A stretch of DNA of 63,885 nucleotides, counting the filler, from Schmidtea nova (lineage: Eukaryota): NCBI GenBank assembly GCA_044892505.1. It is 4 parts of 2 records of this genome, joined end to end, with 100 filler letters (N's around TTAATTAATTAA, not from the genome) between each part and the next. Parts side by side here need not be neighbours in the genome. Positions count along the whole stretch, not along the records: positions 29,798 to 59,552 come from CM097882.1; positions 59,653 to 63,885 come from CM097883.1; 2 more parts are not named here. One strand, written 5' to 3'. The stretch's first letter is position 1, and the number at the start of each line of letters is the position of its first letter. The notes under the pieces were generated by a model that had not been told where the DNA came from, searched no databases, and was given only the letters and a program-made list of their open reading frames with translations. The translations under genes and the position numbers were made by a program. Below are positions 58,201 to 63,885 of this stretch, one piece after another.

Positions 58201-58306
58201 GATTTTTAATTTAGGTTTTTTGAATGTTTTTGTGGTTATTATTTGTATTTATTGTTTAAATTAGTACAATATTTTTGTCTTTTTAGACCAATTGGTGGGC
58301 CCAACA
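55262..58306 (-). repeat. 5' LTR, 3,045 bp
   Basis: Starts TGTTGGG and ends CCCAGCA (6/7 terminal inverted repeat), followed directly by the PBS; repeated at 29798-31951. Confidence 0.92.
55737..56345 (-). CDS. LTR-encoded ORF-B (~202 aa): coiled coil, Arg-rich motif, acidic/aromatic C-terminus
   Basis: ATG at 56345 (MGLLFS..); KRKRIGSKRRRQRK; EMSEAEWLSEIFPPEGIFKEFL. The visible part of the 3' LTR copy (29798-29989) is identical. Confidence 0.7.
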   Translation of the reverse strand: MGLLFSMTETSQQRELDKAWRIRRALEKELNQEKALRAKAEAQIQYLRTSWFAPARMKEQMSRTERAQKTADDYRTEWEATKIELRRCLHSVTTSFIESELKAQIRPITYQKWVGEQKVACSVSTDTDGLEATTVQSRVKAAITPNPVGKTNKRKRIGSKRRRQRKLFSQQLQAQVTTMAEMSEAEWLSEIFPPEGIFKEFL

Positions 58307-59550
58307 GGAGAAATGAAACTTGCCAAAGAAATAAGATTTAAAAATAAAATAAATAATATAAACAGCACCCTAAACTGGATAAATGGTGACGAAAAAGGTG
58401 ATTCTAGTGGCCCTAAATGCATATTCAGTAAAACCCGAACATCAATAAAGAGACTAAGAGAAAAATTTGACATAATAATTAAAATTATCTATAGAGACAA
58501 TAATTACATGCTAGAATTAAAAAAAATGAACTTATATATTATATAAACTACCTTAATATTGACTCTACCTCTGAAATCTTACACAACCTTACAAGTGCCA
58601 TATATGCTTCAAACTGGTATAACATGACTTGTCAAGGACACATAGCCCATACAATTGGAGAAAATAAACACTCTGCTCATCTAATAAAACATACAGACCT
58701 GTCTGATCACCAATACTTCTTCCTAATCAAAGCCAGAAACAATAGCTTAAATTTAAAATACACACAACACAGAATCACAGAAAAACTTGATATTAACTGT
58801 AGACACTGTCACACACACTTTGAAACACAAATTCACATTTTTAATCACTGCCCACATACACAAAATGCTCGTAGGAACAAACACAACAACGTACTACTTG
58901 CAACTAAAGACTATCTAATATCTATCAATTATGAGGTAGACATAGAAACAGCACCACCAGGAGTAACCACCACACTAAAGCCTGACCTAATAATAAAATC
59001 TCCAAAAAATAAACTTATTCACATTGTTGACATCAAAGTACCCTATGATAACAAACATTTTTTTATAGAAACCAGACAACAAAACTTTGAGAAATACAGA
59101 AACTTAGCAAAAGAAACAGACACAATAAACAAATGTAAAACAACACTATCTGCTCTTGTTATAGGAACCCTTGGCTCATGGGATGATGACAACGATATCT
59201 ACCTTAGGAAAATAGGACTAAATGAAAATGAAATCAAAGCACTTGCCAAAATAACAATGAAAGTAGCAGTAACATCGAGCCATAGTATATATATGGACCA
59301 CATACTAAATAAACCTAATTAATAATAATTTTCTATAATCTACCCCCAAATCATAAATCAAAACTAATTAAAATAACTTATTAGGATGTATAATTATTCA
59401 ACACTATATTGCGAGATACCTACCAATACTTAAAATATACCTCTATCGGCATTATGGACACTGTTTACAATTATATTTTTTGCGATTACCTATATTACTA
59501 TTATTAGTACTATTATTGTTGTTATTATTAGTATTATTACTGTTATTGTT
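58307..59550 (+). mobile_element. 3' part of an RLE-type (R2/R4/NeSL-like) non-LTR retrotransposon
   Basis: CRHCHTHFETQIHIFNHC zinc knuckle, then KPDLII..IVDIKVPYD..NFEKY PD-(D/E)xK endonuclease; 3' UTR ends in TATTA-type repeats. Confidence 0.88.
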
Positions 59551-59652
59551 GTNNNNNNNNNNNNNNNNNNNNNNNNNNNNNNNNNNNNNNNNNNNNTTAA
59601 TTAATTAANNNNNNNNNNNNNNNNNNNNNNNNNNNNNNNNNNNNNNNNNNNN

Positions 59653-60181
59653 CATACGTCTAGGAATTATGGTTATCCTACGAAAGACACACCTGCATGT
59701 GCCATGGTTCCAGCGGACAGAGGAAGGAGTTTAAGTCTACTGGCGATAGCATCAAATGAGCAAATACTTCATTTTAAGATTTTAGAAGGGTCGTTTAATT
59801 CTGATTCATTTGCTGAGTTTTTACAAGAATGTTTAAATTTGAACATTTCTTTCTATGAACAAAACTGCTATAATGGACAATGTGAAGTTCCACAAATCAT
59901 GTCGAGTTGTGGTTTGCAATAGAAACAACTCAATTCAACATGATACTTTACCACCATACATCTCCCAATGGGATCCAATAGAGGAGTTATTTTCGGTTCT
60001 TAGAAATAAGTACCATGACATTCGACCGCCAGCTCAAAACAAAGAGGATGTTTTAGAATGTGTGGAACAAGTTATTGATATGATGAATCATGACCAAAAT
60101 ATGTCCTTTGGTAACTTTTTTCAAAACATGAAGAGATATTTAGGTCTTGCATTTAATGGAAATGACCTCCATGATATTTAA
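59653..60181 (+). mobile_element. Tc1/IS630-type DDE transposase remnant, frameshifted
   Basis: RGRSLSLLAI..GSFNSDSFAEFL, IMDNVKFHKS, LPPYISQWDPIEELFSVL (LPPYSP.LNPIE motif). Confidence 0.88.
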
Positions 60182-60249
60182 ATAAAATACATTTTCTAAT
60201 TTGATAATTTTCTAGAAAATTAATTTGTATGTAATTATTTAAGTTTGTT

Positions 60250-60480
60250 TACTTATAATTAATTTTTATTTTATTTATAATATTTTATATTTTATTTATA
60301 ATCTTTAATATTTTATTTATAATCTTTAATATTTTATTTATAATATTTAAAATTTAATTTATAATATTTAATATTATTTTTTATAATATTTAAAATTTTA
60401 TTTATAATATTTAAAATTTAATTTATAAAATTTAAAATTTAATTTATAATATTTAACATTTAATTAATAATATTTAATAT
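60250..60480. repeat. AT-rich degenerate minisatellite
   Basis: Repeated ATATTTTATTTATAAT(C/A)TTTA-like units. Confidence 0.7.
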
Positions 60481-61217
60481 ATTTTTCATAATACGTAATA
60501 AGTTATACAATAATTTAACTTATCATATTTATTTATAAATATTACTTATATATTTTACAAATATTTATTAATAAAAAGTGTAATTAAAAAACAAATTCCT
60601 GTACTTGGTAAAGAAAATAAAAATTTAATTGTTTTTTATAAAAAAATGAAAATTTCTGAAATAGAAAAGAAAGATCAAAGGTGAAATAATAGATGGTAAT
60701 GATATTATGTTTATAAATTATATTTGCATGATATTATTAGTAATATTTGACTGGTAATATCTCGGCAGTAAAACAAATTCCGCATTATTGAAATACCGCG
60801 AAAGTTCTCAAGTAGAACAAGATTGACAAAGATGTTCAAAGCTCATTTATTAGAAGGAATAAAATGCATAAGCCTTTCTGTATTCGGTCTATTTATAGCG
60901 GCCATTTGCGCATGCAATGCAATGCCCATGCAGATTGTGCCGGTCATTACCGGACCTCCGCAATAAGCTATAATCCTCATGTCGCCGTCACATTTTCTGC
61001 ATTGTGGTGGTTACTTGGTGCTTTTCCTTGTTGAACATTTTTTAATTTTAAATTATATATTGATTTACAATAAATAATTCGGATTGATTTAAATTTACAT
61101 TGCACCGTGCTGTGCCTACTACTAATGTGATTTCGCTTATCTTAGAAAGGCATCAAAATATTTTCAATTTAATACAAATTCTGGCAGTGACGTTTACGAG
61201 TATCATCGTGTTGAAAA

Positions 61218-61364
61218 CTAGTATAGGTGCCCGTCCTAGTATAGGTGCCCGTCCTAGTATAGGTGCCCGTCCTAGTATAGGTGCCCGTCCTAGTATAGGT
61301 GCCCGTCCTAGTATAGCTGCCCGTCCTAGTATAGGTGCCCGTCCTAGTATAGGTGCCCGTCCTA
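61218..61364. repeat. 18-bp tandem repeat x8
   Basis: CTAGTATAGGTGCCCGTC, with one variant copy. Confidence 0.95.
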
Positions 61365-62175
61365 AGGCCGTAGAATGATTCTGGCCCAGGAAAATAATAA
61401 AAATGACCTTCATCACCGATGCATTACTTGAAATATTTAATTTTTCCAAATATTTTGACGTTATGCTTTAATTTGTTTAATTAAATGATAAAATTTAAAT
61501 TAAATTAAAATTTGATTTGAAATCATATAATTTACAAAATTTAGTTGCGGTTGCCATGACAATTGGGCAACATTCAAATTCAAAAAATTAGATTTGTTTA
61601 AAAAAATGTTTCATAATTATCAGTAAATAATTTCTGCATCATTGGAACAAAAGTGCTATGTTGTCGATTAAAATTAAAGTTATTGTAAAATTTTAAATTT
61701 TCAATGTCATGGGGGTACCAGGGCACCGCATTTATAAAGCAAATTGATAAAATTTAATTTGTTTGATCTCCTTCTCTTACCTATTTCCTACATTTGCACG
61801 TTGTACGATCCGCCACAATGGTGAGTTAAGTACGTCAGTCCCACTCGGCTCTTTATTTGTTTTTGTTTTTCGTTTATATTACACGTGTATGTGTGTGTCA
61901 GTCGACGCCGAAGCAGAAGCAAAAGATTTTCGCCTAAAAATTATATTATATTCGACATTTTATTACCAATAACATAACCACCATAACGAGTAACATGTAC
62001 CTCCTTCACCAGGAGGCCTTATGATACCGTTTGAAATGAGCACTTTCGGGGCCTTGAAAATTAAAAGAATTTTCAGAAAATAACAGAATGAAATAATTTC
62101 AATGATTTTTCTACTTTTAATATTTGATCCTAAACACCGATAAAGAAAAATTTGTCAAATTTATCTTTGGTTGAT

Positions 62176-62789
62176 TCAAAAATTGAGAATTTTGCACAAA
62201 ACGGAGCATTTGGTAGTTATCCATCGGAGATTGCCGAATATCTCGCTTGACGGCATTTTCTCAATATTGGTTTTAGTGCCGCCGTTTTTTGTGCTGTACG
62301 TGCCAAATCTTATCTTATCCGGCACGTTGAAAGATTTTATCCCACATTTGTAGCTAATGTTAAAATTAAATTTTACTTCTGGATGATGATTTCTGAATTT
62401 CAGTTGAGTGCTGAACACCGAATGCGCCCTGTCCCAGAAATACGCCTCAATGCGCACGGAAAACGGAAATACTGAGACGAATTCTGGACTACTCTTTTCA
62501 TTATATGTTATGCTTTCAAAGGTGTAATGAAACCCATGCATTCCTGTCAAAACTTTCTCAATGGAATCATTAACAAGCTTTATCTTATTGTTAGTTTCTG
62601 TGTTTAGAACATGCAAGGTTTCATTTAATTTTATTGATAGTTTTTTCTGACCCTTCAGCATTTGCTCCTTCACCTGACCCAATACAGATCTGATCTCCTC
62701 TTGCAACTTGCCGTTCACCTCGACCGATTCCTCAATTGCAGAAATCCTTGAATTCAAACATTTCTCCCCGCAAATTCCCGTCGGATTCT
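62176..62789 (-). CDS. Terminal exon: coiled coil + beta-rich globular domain, unknown host protein
   Basis: Acceptor TTTCTATTAG at 62790; frame open to the stop at 62176; host-like coding composition. Confidence 0.65.
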
Positions 62790-63175
62790 CTAATAGAAAA
62801 ATGAATATTAAAACAAATCAAACGCATCATTCAATTGTGTGCAAATTATCATTGCTAAATCTCATCAGGGAAGGAGGACAAAAATAACAATGAAATATTG
62901 AAAGAAATGGGTGATATTTACAGCTAGCATTTGTCCCATATTGATATCACTAGACACCAATTCATCATTGACGGCCATTAGTGCCAATCATGCTGTCTAA
63001 TATTGTCCTAATATCACGTACAGAAACATATCGCTATATTTCTAATGGAAAAGTAAAGAAATTCATTCAAGCGTGAAACTACAAAAATCCATAGTTACCC
63101 ACATTAAATTATCCAATCAAAACCAAGAAATATAATCCAATCAAAACCAAAAATATTATCCAATCAAAAGCTTAC

Positions 63176-63862
63176 TAGCAATAGCAAATGAAATTGTTCT
63201 ATTCAGCATTTTCTTGGTATTCACCAGAATGCTTTTCATTGTGCATTTGAATGTCCATTTTGAACCGGCCGGGCTGTTGCTATGGATATGGATTTGGTGA
63301 CCTTCCCTGGTGATATTGTAGAACCGTTCCGCATTCGGGGGGCCTTCAATCAGTTGCCAATTTATTTCTGGATCTGGATATCCATCACTGGTGTAGCACT
63401 TTATGGTAGAGTTTGATGGGAATCTCTTGATGATGATTGGATGGATATATAATGCGGTCGGGTGATCTGGAATGGGGGAATGGATCAAATCCAATGAAAT
63501 TGGGATATTTATCAATGAATATGAAGGAAGTTTCATATAAAAAGATAATAAATAATATAAATAATATTTACTTGCAATTCTGAATGAGATCGTCTTATTC
63601 AGGATTTCACAAACATTTTCTATGCAACTTTGAATGACGCATTTGATCTTCCATTCAGATTTGGTCGGGCAATTTCCGTTCAGGTGAATTTGCGTTCCGT
63701 TGCGCACGATATTATAATATGTTGATGCGCTTTCTGGCCCCTCAACTATTTCCCATCGGGCTGCCGCAACCGGATATCCGTCAGAGGGGGCACAATCAAT
63801 TGTGGAATTCGGTTCCATTATCCCGTCTGGCATTGGCATGATACGGATTGATGTCGGGTGGC
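63176..63862 (-). CDS. Two tandem 291-nt phase-1 exons each encoding an Ig-like domain
   Basis: Exons 63862-63572 and 63466-63176 with AG/GT boundaries; repeats HPT..I.P....NSTI.C..SDGYP....W..VEGP......KW..KC (Ig C..W..C pattern). Confidence 0.82.
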
Positions 63863-63885
63863 CTGAACGGGAAATGATTATTTAC

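Larger units (their letters stand above)
29798..58306 (-). mobile_element. Giant Ty3/Gypsy-like LTR retroelement / env-bearing endogenous retrovirus-like element (~29 kb if the 3' LTR is completed)
   Basis: Near-identical long direct repeats, TG...CA termini, a PBS, gag with CCHC knuckles, PR-RT-RH-IN order, a glycoprotein and many co-oriented accessory ORFs. Confidence 0.95.

Noticed and set aside
61100-61449. SIGARP / GRAPIL repeat ORFs
   Set aside because: Simple translation of the 18-bp DNA tandem repeat; no coding evidence.

Overview
AT-rich eukaryotic (metazoan) scaffold with N-gaps and short (~50 nt) GT-AG introns, made mostly of transposable elements. Host-gene fragments: an SLC6 transporter, an NlpC/P60-like protein and tandem Ig-domain exons. 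Ordinary relics: two Penelope copies, two Maverick/Polinton-type polB relics, piggyBac, pogo/Tigger, Tc1/IS630, a Gypsy gag-protease relic and an RLE-type non-LTR tail. The main feature is a giant (~29 kb) minus-strand Ty3/Gypsy-like LTR element at 29798-58306, with ~3-kb ORF-containing LTRs and a tRNA-Pro-like PBS. It carries an IAP-type RING ORF upstream of gag and a Gag extension with ubiquitin-like domains. A Bcl-2-like domain and a chuvirus-like (class III) glycoprotein sit between gag and protease. The PR-RT-RH-IN pol continues into duplicated ankyrin and signal/FN3/TM modules, followed by a full-length TRAF and three further accessory ORFs. Removing one 7-nt tandem duplication and reading through three in-frame stops fuses gag-env-pol-tail into one ~5,660-codon polyprotein with a recurring candidate cleavage motif. 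All protein assignments come from motif recognition by eye; no database searches were run.
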